Positions 55,160 to 63,358 of a stretch of DNA of 64,000 nt are shown here, piece by piece. The number at the start of each line of letters is the position of its first letter. Position 1 is the first letter of the stretch. Under the pieces are notes generated by a model. That model worked only from the letters and a program-made list of their open reading frames with translations. It searched no databases and was not told where the DNA came from. This DNA is from a virus (Duplodnaviria > Caudoviricetes), in IMG/VR virus record IMGVR_UViG_2828058034_000001, positions 2,054-66,053 of that record. One strand, given 5' to 3'. Made by a program: the position numbers and the translations under genes.

Positions 55160-55366
55160 TTAGCGGATCTTTCGTACGCGTGTGGAGCCACATTCAGTGC
55201 ATCTCCACCCACCAAACTTGATCGCCGAAAGCACCCAGATGATTAGCCAGAAGCCCGCTGTCACGACCGACATGAGCAGGTGCAGGATGTGGTTTGTCCC
55301 CTTCCTAAAGACAACAACCGACTTCTCGCAGTTGTCGCAGTAACCACCCTTTTTGTCCTCAGCCAT
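55160..55366 (-). CDS. LITAF-like Zn-ribbon membrane protein
   Basis: CDNC - hydrophobic segment - CTEC. Confidence 0.7.
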   Translation of the reverse strand: MAEDKKGGYCDNCEKSVVVFRKGTNHILHLLMSVVTAGFWLIIWVLSAIKFGGWRCTECGSTRVRKIR

Positions 55367-55470
55367 CGCACTTCCTGTCGTCTGCCCGGCGGCAAGGGGC
55401 CGCATCCCTCCAGCTAACGAGATAGTAACAAACAGCGGAATCTTGGTACGAATGAACCACTTCATAAAAT

Positions 55471-55514
55471 ATTAGGTTGAACCTATTGACGGCATATTAG
55501 GTTTGACCTAATTT
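55471..55514 (+). promoter_or_regulatory. OL operators and pL-like promoter
   Basis: ATTAGGttgaaCCTATT (55471), ATTAGGtttgaCCTAAT (55496); TTGACG(55486)-17 bp-TAATTT(55509). Confidence 0.75.
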
Positions 55515-55566
55515 AATCCCGTCGCCCCAGTAACACGGCATTCCGCCGCGGGGCACGGAGACTCAG

Positions 55567-56052
55567 ATGCGCGCCGTCACCGCTCGCCTCACCTGCCTGG
55601 CACTCGCCGCCGCACTGGCCGCAGGCTGCGCCGTCACCGGCCAGCCCGCCGCAGAGCCCACCACCGCCACCGGTGAGGGCATCCCCGAACAGCTGTCGAT
55701 CACCTCGCCGCGCTTCTGCGCCGCGCTGTCCGTCTACGAGCTGGCCACCGTTGACGACTGGAGCCTGCGCGCAGGCATCGCCCGCGCCGCCCTCAATGGT
55801 TTCGCCACCGCCGGCCGCGTGCCGGACTGCGCCGAGGGCGTGGCCGCTGCCCTCACCGGTGGCGACTTCACCCCACGCCGCTGGCAGGAAGCGCTCGACG
55901 CCGTGGACGCAGTGGATGCCGGCGACTACGCCCTGCCCGACTCCTGCGCCCGCGCCAACGCGGTGATGCCGGCCGATGCCGCTGCCTTCCCGGCCACCGC
56001 GCATGCGCAGTGCGTCATGCATGGCCTGGCCTTCGTCGAGGTGCAGCCGTGA
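55567..56052 (+). CDS. Lipoprotein, degenerate SleB/hydrolase_2-like
   Basis: LAAGC lipobox; CAALSVYELA...AGIARAALN resembles CLA..IY.EARG...AVA.V.LNR. Confidence 0.55.
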   Translation: MRAVTARLTCLALAAALAAGCAVTGQPAAEPTTATGEGIPEQLSITSPRFCAALSVYELATVDDWSLRAGIARAALNGFATAGRVPDCAEGVAAALTGGDFTPRRWQEALDAVDAVDAGDYALPDSCARANAVMPADAAAFPATAHAQCVMHGLAFVEVQP

Positions 56053-56276
56053 GCGCGTCCGTCGATGTTCTGGAGGTGCTGGATCGCGCCAACGGTCAGG
56101 CAAGGATGGTCGCTGGATTGGCCGGCGATCCGAAGGCCCGGGAGCTGCTGCAGGATCTCGCCTCTGCCCGGGACGCTGTGGCCGACCTTCTCGATGCAGC
56201 GCGACGCTGCGCAGATGGCACAGGAGATCTGGCCGACCTTCGCACCGCGCTGGCCCGCGCAGGCGGTGCCGCATGA
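56049..56276 (+). CDS. Early hypothetical protein (paralog A)
   Basis: GTG start coupled; SASVDVL..L...AVADL...GGAA. Confidence 0.6.
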   Translation: MSASVDVLEVLDRANGQARMVAGLAGDPKARELLQDLASARDAVADLLDAARRCADGTGDLADLRTALARAGGAA

Positions 56277-56539
56277 GCGCATCGGTTGATGTGCTGTCGG
56301 TGCTGGTCCAGGCAGGCCAGCGCGAGGCAGACGCCGGCCAGGCCAGCATCGCCCAGATGGCGGCACACGCAGCGGTGGCCGACCTGTTCGAGAAAGGCCG
56401 CCAGCTCTCCGCCGACCTTGAGCACGCCATCGCGATCGCCAACGTCAGCAGCCCCGACGCCGTGCACGTCCGCCACCCCATCCGCGTGGCGTTCGACGAA
56501 TTCGACGAGGCGCTGCGCGCCGCCGGGGGTGCCGCATGA
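56273..56539 (+). CDS. Early hypothetical protein (paralog B)
   Basis: MSASVDVL..L...AVADL...GGAA. Confidence 0.6.
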   Translation: MSASVDVLSVLVQAGQREADAGQASIAQMAAHAAVADLFEKGRQLSADLEHAIAIANVSSPDAVHVRHPIRVAFDEFDEALRAAGGAA

Positions 56540-56904
56540 GCCGCCAGTCCTACCGCCACACGGTGAAGGGCTTCCACTACGACGTGGACCTGCGCTGGAA
56601 CGGCACCAGCAATAGCTGGCTGCTGCAGTCGCTCGTGCGCGGCGTGCCGTCCGTGTCGATTGTCATCGGCCGCACCCACGGTATCGACTTCGTGGCGCCC
56701 GAACCGGACGTCGCCAAGGGTTATTACATCTACGTGCGCGGCGCCTTCATCGACTTGCCGGAAGAAAGCTGGCGGGAACTGAAGTGCTGGTATGAGGCGA
56801 TCGCCGATGCCGTCGCGCCGGTGCTGCCGGCCGAGGACCTGCCGCGCAACCTCCCGCCGATCGCGCCGCCGCTGGCGCCCTACGCACAGCGTGCGCACGC
56901 ATGA
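56536..56904 (+). CDS. Early hypothetical protein
   Basis: ATGA coupling both ends. Confidence 0.6.
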   Translation: MSRQSYRHTVKGFHYDVDLRWNGTSNSWLLQSLVRGVPSVSIVIGRTHGIDFVAPEPDVAKGYYIYVRGAFIDLPEESWRELKCWYEAIADAVAPVLPAEDLPRNLPPIAPPLAPYAQRAHA

Positions 56905-57065
56905 GCACCACGCAGACCCCGGCACAGCGCGCGGCGATTGAGCGCGCCAAGAAGCCCGGCGCCCACCCGTGGCGCATCTGGCAAGGCACCGCCAGCCAGG
57001 AGCGCGCCGTCGCGCGCCGCGCCGAAACCATCGTCCCCTACACCACCAGGTTGATCACGAAGTGA
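56901..57065 (+). CDS. Small basic hypothetical protein
   Basis: Hand translation MSTTQTPAQRAAIERAKKPGAHPWRIW...LITK. Confidence 0.5.
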   Translation: MSTTQTPAQRAAIERAKKPGAHPWRIWQGTASQERAVARRAETIVPYTTRLITK

Positions 57066-57190
57066 ACACCCCTCATGGCTTGGAACAGGACGCACCCATG
57101 GCTATTGGCTGCCTGCCCTTCCAGTGTGCCGCCCTTTATCGATGGTTACTCAGATCGTGCGCCGGCAGTGATCGGTCCAGCCTTCTGAAG

Positions 57191-57607
57191 TCAAATTTTA
57201 ATTTTGGGCTTCGTTCCCGGACCCCAGTTTGGTCCGTTGGAGTGGGCGACTACTTGATACGCGTCAACGAGGTCTTTGGACGTGCATTCAAGACTGCCAG
57301 ACGCGTAGTTGTCGTCGGCAAGAGTGCTCAATATTTCGTCTGTCTTCCCTTCAACCCCCGGCACTTGGTCGCTCGAAGCAACTGCATCTGGAGCTGGCTC
57401 AAATTCAACTTCCGCCTCCCGGCTAGCCAGTCGGAAAAGCTCATTTTTCCCTTCGAACGTAATCCCGAATTGCTGGTCATTATCGATGGATTGCCATGCA
57501 AGCCCCTCGGCTCCAAGGCTCTTCATAGCCGTCGGGCCCGGATAAAGACCTCGTGCCAATTTTCCAAGACTTACCATGCGCACGATTTCATCCGAGCTCA
57601 ACCGCAT
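57191..57607 (-). CDS. Hypothetical protein in AT-richer insert
   Basis: ATG at 57607; acidic; antisense to early operon. Confidence 0.4.
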   Translation of the reverse strand: MRLSSDEIVRMVSLGKLARGLYPGPTAMKSLGAEGLAWQSIDNDQQFGITFEGKNELFRLASREAEVEFEPAPDAVASSDQVPGVEGKTDEILSTLADDNYASGSLECTSKDLVDAYQVVAHSNGPNWGPGTKPKIKI

Positions 57608-58010
57608 GCGATCTCTCCAAGTGGGCGTGACGGCCAAAGCTGGACCAATACCAAAGGAACCACAAGTCCTAGATTGCGCCAACTAATAGGCGCACTGCTT
57701 TGCGGGCGGTCACATAGCCGTCCACCTGCTCACCGCTTTAGCGCGATTGCCCTCCTCGGCCGCGGCCTCGACGCCATCGTGCAGCACGACCTCGCCGGCA
57801 TGGCGCCGGACATCACCGCCGCCGCGCGCCTCCACCGCTACGAGAACGCCCGGCAGCTGCGTCGCGCCCTCCTCTCGCCCGAAGCCCGCGAGATCGAACA
57901 GCTCCGCGAGCAGTTCGGCCGCCACTACCAGACCGCCTGGCGCAACGGCCAGCGCCCAGACCTCACACAGCTGCCGCAGCACTTCGCGGCGATCGACAAG
58001 GAGCAATCCC

Positions 58011-58361
58011 ATGCGTGACCTCACGCCCGCGGAACTGCATGTCCTGCGCCACTCGCTGGGCACCGGCGAGGACGGACGCAACCCGAGCTACCGAAACCAC
58101 TTCGTCACCGGCGCTGGCAGCAGTGACCACCCCACGTGCATGCAACTGGTCGACCTCGGCCTCATGCAGCGACGCAACGGCGGCGCCCTCTCTGGTGGCG
58201 ACGACATCTTCACCGTGACCGCCGAGGGACGTGTGGCGGCGCGCCCCGCTCCAGCCGCCCCGCTGACAGCCGGTCAGCGCCGTTATCGAGCATTCCTGGC
58301 TGCGGACTCGGGCCTGACCTTCGGGCAGTGGCTGACGAGCCGAGGACCCGCCCATGCGTGA
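58011..58361 (+). CDS. Phage hypothetical protein
   Basis: AAGGAG RBS; LRHSLG...YRNHFVTG...C..LV..GLM. Confidence 0.7.
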   Translation: MRDLTPAELHVLRHSLGTGEDGRNPSYRNHFVTGAGSSDHPTCMQLVDLGLMQRRNGGALSGGDDIFTVTAEGRVAARPAPAAPLTAGQRRYRAFLAADSGLTFGQWLTSRGPAHA

Positions 58362-58983
58362 GCGCCCCATCCGCCTCAAAGCACACGAGGTGCGCGCCAT
58401 CCTGTCCGGCGCGAAGACGCAGACCCGGCGCGCGGTGAAACCGCGATATTCGTGGCAGCTCGAGGAGCGCGACGACGGCTCACTATGGCCGTGGTATCCC
58501 GATTACGTCACAGGCGGTGAGTGGGATGGCTGGGTGCCCTGCCCCTTCGGCCAGCCCGGCGACCGGCTGTGGGTTCGGGAGACGACCCACGTAGACCGCA
58601 CCACCAGCGATTCTGCAGAGCTCGCGCGCTACAGCGCTGATCAGGAGCCGGTCTGTTACCCGACTGGAACGGGCAACGGCTACGACGGCGCCTGGCAGCT
58701 CTGGTGGTACACCCGCGACACCTGCCCAAACATCCACATGCCGCGCTCCGCATGCCGCTTGCTGCTGGAGATCACCGACGTGCGCGTCGAGCGGCTGCAT
58801 GCAATCAGCGAGGCCGATGCGCTGGCCGAGGGCGTGGCCCCAAGCAGCGTCGAAGGGTTCGCGAATGCCCGCGTGGAGCGACCGGCCGGCTTCGCCTTCC
58901 GCGACATCTGGACCAGCACCGGCGGCGACTGGGACGCCAACCCCTGGGTGTGGGTCATCGGCTTCAAGCAGGTGACGCCATGA
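58354..58983 (+). CDS. Conserved phage protein (ASCH/PUA-like)
   Basis: VRAIL.G.KTQTRR, CPFGQPGDRLWVRET, IHMPR.A.R..LEIT.VRVERL, NPWVWVI.F. Confidence 0.8.
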   Translation: MRERPIRLKAHEVRAILSGAKTQTRRAVKPRYSWQLEERDDGSLWPWYPDYVTGGEWDGWVPCPFGQPGDRLWVRETTHVDRTTSDSAELARYSADQEPVCYPTGTGNGYDGAWQLWWYTRDTCPNIHMPRSACRLLLEITDVRVERLHAISEADALAEGVAPSSVEGFANARVERPAGFAFRDIWTSTGGDWDANPWVWVIGFKQVTP

Positions 58984-59363
58984 GCTGGGCTGTCGGTTAT
59001 TCCGCGCGGTGGAAGCGGGACGTCGGCTACGGCGTGCCGGCGACGTGCGACCACCCTGGCTGCACTGCAGAGATAGATCGCGGCCTGGGCCACATCTGCG
59101 GCGGTGAGCCCGACGGCGGCACGCACGGGTGCGGCCTCTTCTTCTGCGCGGAGCACAGACAGTTCGCCAACAGCCGCCGCAGCAACGCCGAGCTCTGCAT
59201 CGCCTGCCTCTATATGCATCGCGATCCCTTCAAGCCCACGCCCGACGTCGACGAGTGGCTGCGCTGGAAGCTCACCGACCCCAGCTGGGCGCCGTGGCGC
59301 GCCGAGCACCCCGACGAAGTTACGCAGATGCGCGAGCGCATCGCCCTCTCCGAATCCAATTAG
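58980..59363 (+). CDS. Cys/His-rich phage protein
   Basis: RDVGYGVPATCDHPGC..EIDRGL...CG....GCGLFFC..H. Confidence 0.75.
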   Translation: MSWAVGYSARWKRDVGYGVPATCDHPGCTAEIDRGLGHICGGEPDGGTHGCGLFFCAEHRQFANSRRSNAELCIACLYMHRDPFKPTPDVDEWLRWKLTDPSWAPWRAEHPDEVTQMRERIALSESN

Positions 59364-59371
59364 GACCGCCC

Positions 59372-60280
59372 ATGTTCTTTCGCAACCTCACCATGTTCCG
59401 CTTCCCCGCCTCCCTCGACCTCTCCGCCGTCGAGGAGCTGCTGCCGCAGTGCGCCCTCAAGCCGGTCGGCCCGCTGGAGATGTCATCGCGAGGCTTCATC
59501 TCGCCCTTCGGCCGCGAGGAGACCGAGCAGCTGTCACACCGGATCGGCGACTTCCTGTGGCTGGCCGTCGGCGGCCAGGACAAGATGCTGCCCGGCGCCG
59601 TCATCAACGACGCGCTCGAGCAGAAGTGCGCGCAGATCGAGAAGGCAACAGGTGGCCGTGTCGGCGGCCGCTCGCGCAAGCGCCTCAAGGACGACATCAT
59701 CCACGAGCTGCTGCCTAAGGCCTTCGTGCGCAACTCGCGCACCGACGTGATCCTCGACCTCGCCCACGGCGTGGCCATCGTCAACACGTCCAGCCGCAAG
59801 GTCGGCGAAAGCGTGGTGTCGGAGATCCGCGGCATGCTCGGCAGCTTCCCGGCCCTGCCCCTCAACGCCGAGGTCGCGCCGCGCGCCGTGCTCACCGGCT
59901 GGATTGCCGGCGAGCCGCTGCCGGCATCGCTGAGCATCGGCGAGGAGGCCGAGCTGCGCGACCCGATCGAGGGCGGCGCCATCGTGAAGTGCCAGCACCA
60001 AGAGCTGCGCGGTGATGAGATCGAGAAACACCTGGAGGCCGGCAAGCAGGTCACCAGGCTGGCGCTGGTGCTGGACGACAACCAGTCGTTCGTCCTGGGC
60101 GAGGATCTGGTGGTGCGCAAGTTCAAGCTGCTGGACGACGCCATGGATCAACTGGAGACCGCAGAGGGCGATGGCGCGCGCGCCGAGCTGGATGCGCGCT
60201 TCGCCTTGCAGTCGGCCGAGATACGCCGCCTGTTCCTGGTGCTCGAGCAGGCGCTGCGCCTGTCGAAGGTGGAGGGCTAA
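59372..60280 (+). CDS. rdgC: Recombination-associated protein RdgC
   Basis: MFFRNLTMFRF, KMLPGAVI, LLPKAF, GKQVTRLAL, KFKLLD, ARFAL. Confidence 0.92.
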   Translation: MFFRNLTMFRFPASLDLSAVEELLPQCALKPVGPLEMSSRGFISPFGREETEQLSHRIGDFLWLAVGGQDKMLPGAVINDALEQKCAQIEKATGGRVGGRSRKRLKDDIIHELLPKAFVRNSRTDVILDLAHGVAIVNTSSRKVGESVVSEIRGMLGSFPALPLNAEVAPRAVLTGWIAGEPLPASLSIGEEAELRDPIEGGAIVKCQHQELRGDEIEKHLEAGKQVTRLALVLDDNQSFVLGEDLVVRKFKLLDDAMDQLETAEGDGARAELDARFALQSAEIRRLFLVLEQALRLSKVEG

Positions 60281-60283
60281 GCG

Positions 60284-61375
60284 ATGAACGAACAATTCGG
60301 CAATTCCGGACAGTTGCAGTCGGCGGTCGCGCGTATGGAGCGTGGCTACGTCGCTGGAATCGACGAAGAGTGGCGTGACGACCTGCGCGTCGTGCTTGAT
60401 GCCTTGCACACCCGCCAGTTGGTGGATCGGGGGTTTGTTGATCTGCTTGTGAGCGTCATCAACGATGTGCAGAACGAGCTCGGATTCACAGACGAAGAGA
60501 AAGAATGCTCAAATGGAAGTGCTGAAATCGTTATCGCCATTCGTGAGTTGAAAGACGCCGCCCGCCAGCCGGTGGGGCAGGAGCCTTTCGGCCATATATT
60601 CCGAGTTGTGAGCAGCGACCCCGATAGTCAAAGCGCGCAGCGTGAATGGTCTGGCCCCGGCTGTGTGTTTAAGTTCGGGCCCGCTCCCGCTGAATCAGCG
60701 CAGTTGCCGCTGCGAAGCCAGATACAATATTTGGACCTCTACACCGCCCCGCCCCCGCCTGCTGCTGTGCCGGTGGATGATGAGGGTTGGAGTGGATGGG
60801 CGACGCAGTACCCAGGAAAGGCCCCGGTATTGCGCGGCGCCCGCGAGATTGCTGAGCTGAATTACTACCCCGAAGAGGGCCAGCGTTTGCTGTTCCTCAC
60901 CAGCGCCACCCCGCCCGCGCCTGCTGCTGTGCCGGTGGAGCTAGAGACAATCGGCGAATTGATCCGCACGCAGAACAACCGGAGCACCGATGCGCCGATT
61001 TTCATCGTGCAGCAGAAGCGCATGTATGCCGCTGACCCTGAGTGCGACCACGACCGCATGGTGTGGGTGGATGGGGATGGCGAGGCCTGCGCGGAGGATG
61101 CAGCACGCCTGGATGCCGAGTTTGCCGAGACCGGGGAAACCCCTGATGGCTGGCGCCGCGCGGCCGAGGCGCACTACTGGGATTTTGTCACCGCCTGCTT
61201 CACCGAACAGGGCTGCAAGGACTTCATTGCGCGCGACGGCCATAACTTGTGCGAACCGCGAATCTACGCCGCCGGCAGCTATCGCAACAGTGAGTGGCGG
61301 CAGGTTCGCTCGTTCCTTGCAGACCTCGCCACCCACCCCCAGCCGGCAGCGGCGAAGGAGCAGCGCAATGGCTAA
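60284..61375 (+). CDS. Modular Ead/Ea22-like protein
   Basis: C-terminal IGELIRTQNNRSTDAPIFIV...FVTACFTEQGC...GS.RN.EW; repeated linkers. Confidence 0.65.
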   Translation: MNEQFGNSGQLQSAVARMERGYVAGIDEEWRDDLRVVLDALHTRQLVDRGFVDLLVSVINDVQNELGFTDEEKECSNGSAEIVIAIRELKDAARQPVGQEPFGHIFRVVSSDPDSQSAQREWSGPGCVFKFGPAPAESAQLPLRSQIQYLDLYTAPPPPAAVPVDDEGWSGWATQYPGKAPVLRGAREIAELNYYPEEGQRLLFLTSATPPAPAAVPVELETIGELIRTQNNRSTDAPIFIVQQKRMYAADPECDHDRMVWVDGDGEACAEDAARLDAEFAETGETPDGWRRAAEAHYWDFVTACFTEQGCKDFIARDGHNLCEPRIYAAGSYRNSEWRQVRSFLADLATHPQPAAAKEQRNG

Positions 61376-61595
61376 GCCGACCATCCGCACGTCCACCTCT
61401 GCACTAGTGCAGGTGACCGTCGAGGTCCGTGCCGGATCCTGGGGAGACGGTTGCGACCTGGCGCAGGTCTACCGGCAGGCATCGGAAAGCGCCATAGGCA
61501 AGTTGCGTCGCGCGCTGCAGAACGAGAACGTGCGCATCGTGGGCGTGGCGTCCATCAAGGCGATCACGACCAACACAGAGGTGCGTAATGGCTGA
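61368..61595 (+). CDS. Phage hypothetical protein
   Basis: AAGGAG RBS; coupled. Confidence 0.6.
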   Translation: MAKPTIRTSTSALVQVTVEVRAGSWGDGCDLAQVYRQASESAIGKLRRALQNENVRIVGVASIKAITTNTEVRNG

Positions 61596-61941
61596 CGGCT
61601 CCCGCTCCCTGCCCCGCCAATCGCGCAACAACGGCTTGGCCGTGGGCGGCCGTCCCATCCGTGTGCCGGTGGGCAAGGCCACCGTGCGCCAGCTCCTGAA
61701 GCGACATCTGTTGGAAGAGGGAAAACGCATCCAGGATCTGGCCGCGCCGTGGCAGTGCTGCGTACAGAACGTCTACGACCGCTTCTGCAAGGGCGGCGCC
61801 ATTGCCCCGGGCCACATCGATGCGGCTATCGCGTTCCTGCGGCTGGACGAGTTCGACGCGGCCGAGCTGCGGCTGCTCGGCGCGCGCGAGGCCGGCTGGA
61901 ACATCGACACGCAATACCTGCTCCCGGAGAAAACACGATGA
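61588..61941 (+). CDS. Phage hypothetical protein (possible HTH)
   Basis: GAGG RBS; coupled. Confidence 0.6.
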   Translation: MADGSRSLPRQSRNNGLAVGGRPIRVPVGKATVRQLLKRHLLEEGKRIQDLAAPWQCCVQNVYDRFCKGGAIAPGHIDAAIAFLRLDEFDAAELRLLGAREAGWNIDTQYLLPEKTR

Positions 61942-62150
61942 GCGAGCTGTGCCTATCTCGCGATGAGGTAGCCGACTTGTGTCGCACGCCCCAGCGCGCG
62001 CGCCAGATCGCGTTCTTGCGGCAGAACGGCATTCGGCACTATCTCGACGCGCACGGGCGACCCGTGGTGCTGCGGTCAGCGATTGACCCAGCAGCGTCGA
62101 AGTCCGCCGGCGCCGCTGCCGCACCATGGAAATCGAACAAGGTAGCCTGA
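61938..62150 (+). CDS. Putative excisionase (DUF4224)
   Basis: LSRDEVADL..TP....Q..FL..NGI.H.....G.PVV. Confidence 0.8.
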   Translation: MSELCLSRDEVADLCRTPQRARQIAFLRQNGIRHYLDAHGRPVVLRSAIDPAASKSAGAAAAPWKSNKVA

Positions 62151-62151
62151 C

Positions 62152-63177
62152 GTGGGAAGACGACCAACGAAGCCCGGCGCCGTGCCGCGGCTGCGCGCGC
62201 GCCGGCAGAAGTCCGGCGTCGTGCACTACTACTACGACTTGGGCGGCCGGCCGCGCAAGGAAACGCCGCTGGGCAGCGATTACGGCCTGGCTATCAAACA
62301 GTGGGCAGAACTTGAGCAGGCAAATCGGATTCCTACCGAGGCAGCGGTTACGTTCCGGCAGGTGGCCGATCGCTACCGCGTCGAGGTGATCCCCACGAAG
62401 GGCGAGAAGACCCAGCGCGTCAACATCAATGAGCTCGGCCGCCTGCTCGCCTTCTTCGACGATCCGCCAGTTGCTTTCGAGACGATCCGGCCGCTGCACG
62501 TGCGCCAGTACATGGATTGGCGCAAGACAGCCAAGATCGCTGCCAACCGTGAGAAGGCGCTGCTGTCGCATATCTGGAACTGGGCACGCAACAAGGGATA
62601 CACCGACCTGCCCAACCCGTGCGCCGGCGTCAGCCGCAACCGCGAGAAGGGCCGAGACGTGTACATCGACGACGAGCTCTACTCGAAGGTGTACGACGCC
62701 GCCGACCAGGTGCTGAAGGACGCAATGGACCTGGCCTACCTCACGGGCCAGCGGCCATCGGACGTGTATGTCATGGATGAGCGGAACCTGCAGGGCGGCG
62801 TGCTGCGTGTTCGCCAGTCGAAGACCCGGGCCATGGTCGACATGACGGTATCGGGCGAGCTGGAGAAGCTGATCACCGCGATCATGGAGCGCAAGCGCAG
62901 ACACTCCGTGCGCAGTACGCGTCTGCTGGTGGACAGCAACGGGATGCCGATCGGCCGGGACGCTCTCAGGTATCGATTCGATCAGGCGCGGCTCGCGGCC
63001 GGCATCGTCAAGGCCGATTTTCAGTTCCGGGATCTGCGCGCCAAGGCGGGCACGGACAAGGCAGATTCGAGCGGTGACATGCGGCAAGCGCAGTCTCAGC
63101 TGGGCCACAAGAACATCACAATGACGGAGCACTATGTGCGAAAGCGCCGCGGCGCGCGCACCACACCAACGCGATAA
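62152..63177 (+). CDS. int: Tyrosine integrase of siphovirus prophage
   Basis: LTGQRPSD (R), QSKT (K), FRDLRAKA, LGH....MT..Y. Confidence 0.93.
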   Translation: MGRRPTKPGAVPRLRARRQKSGVVHYYYDLGGRPRKETPLGSDYGLAIKQWAELEQANRIPTEAAVTFRQVADRYRVEVIPTKGEKTQRVNINELGRLLAFFDDPPVAFETIRPLHVRQYMDWRKTAKIAANREKALLSHIWNWARNKGYTDLPNPCAGVSRNREKGRDVYIDDELYSKVYDAADQVLKDAMDLAYLTGQRPSDVYVMDERNLQGGVLRVRQSKTRAMVDMTVSGELEKLITAIMERKRRHSVRSTRLLVDSNGMPIGRDALRYRFDQARLAAGIVKADFQFRDLRAKAGTDKADSSGDMRQAQSQLGHKNITMTEHYVRKRRGARTTPTR

Positions 63178-63206
63178 TTGCGGAGCGGATGCCGGATTGC
63201 GGAGCG
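63177..63206 (+). promoter_or_regulatory. Integrase arm-type sites
   Basis: ATTGCGGAGCG at 63177 and 63196; also at 22425 and inverted 9-mer at 22363. Confidence 0.7.
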
Positions 63207-63234
63207 TGGTAGATGCCGGAAAGGCTTGCTGTAT

Positions 63235-63285
63235 ATGGTGGGCCGTGATGGATTCGAACCATCGACCAAAAGATTAAAAGTCTTC
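63235..63285. repeat. att core within tRNA-Lys
   Basis: Identical to 22273-22323. Confidence 0.97.
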
Positions 63286-63311
63286 TGCTCTACCGACTGA
63301 GCTAACGGCCC
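63236..63311 (-). tRNA. tRNA-Lys (anticodon TTT)
   Basis: GGGCCGTTAGCTCAGTCGGTAGAGCAGAAGAC-TTT-TAATCTTTTGGTCGATGGTTCGAATCCATCACGGCCCACCA; 76 nt with CCA. Confidence 0.97.
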
Positions 63312-63358
63312 ACTGACCCGACTGCGCGTCGGGGTGCGCATTCTACCCTACACGGGCG

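Larger units (their letters stand above)
22273..63285. mobile_element. HK97/lambda-like siphovirus prophage (~41 kb, apparently intact)
   Basis: Bounded by 51-bp direct repeats; complete head, tail, lysis, replication, immunity and integration modules. Confidence 0.95.

Noticed and set aside
56969-58018. 349-aa ORF spanning the AT-rich insert
   Set aside because: Compositionally chimeric; probably a chance open frame joining an overlap, the antisense of the insert and a truncated gene
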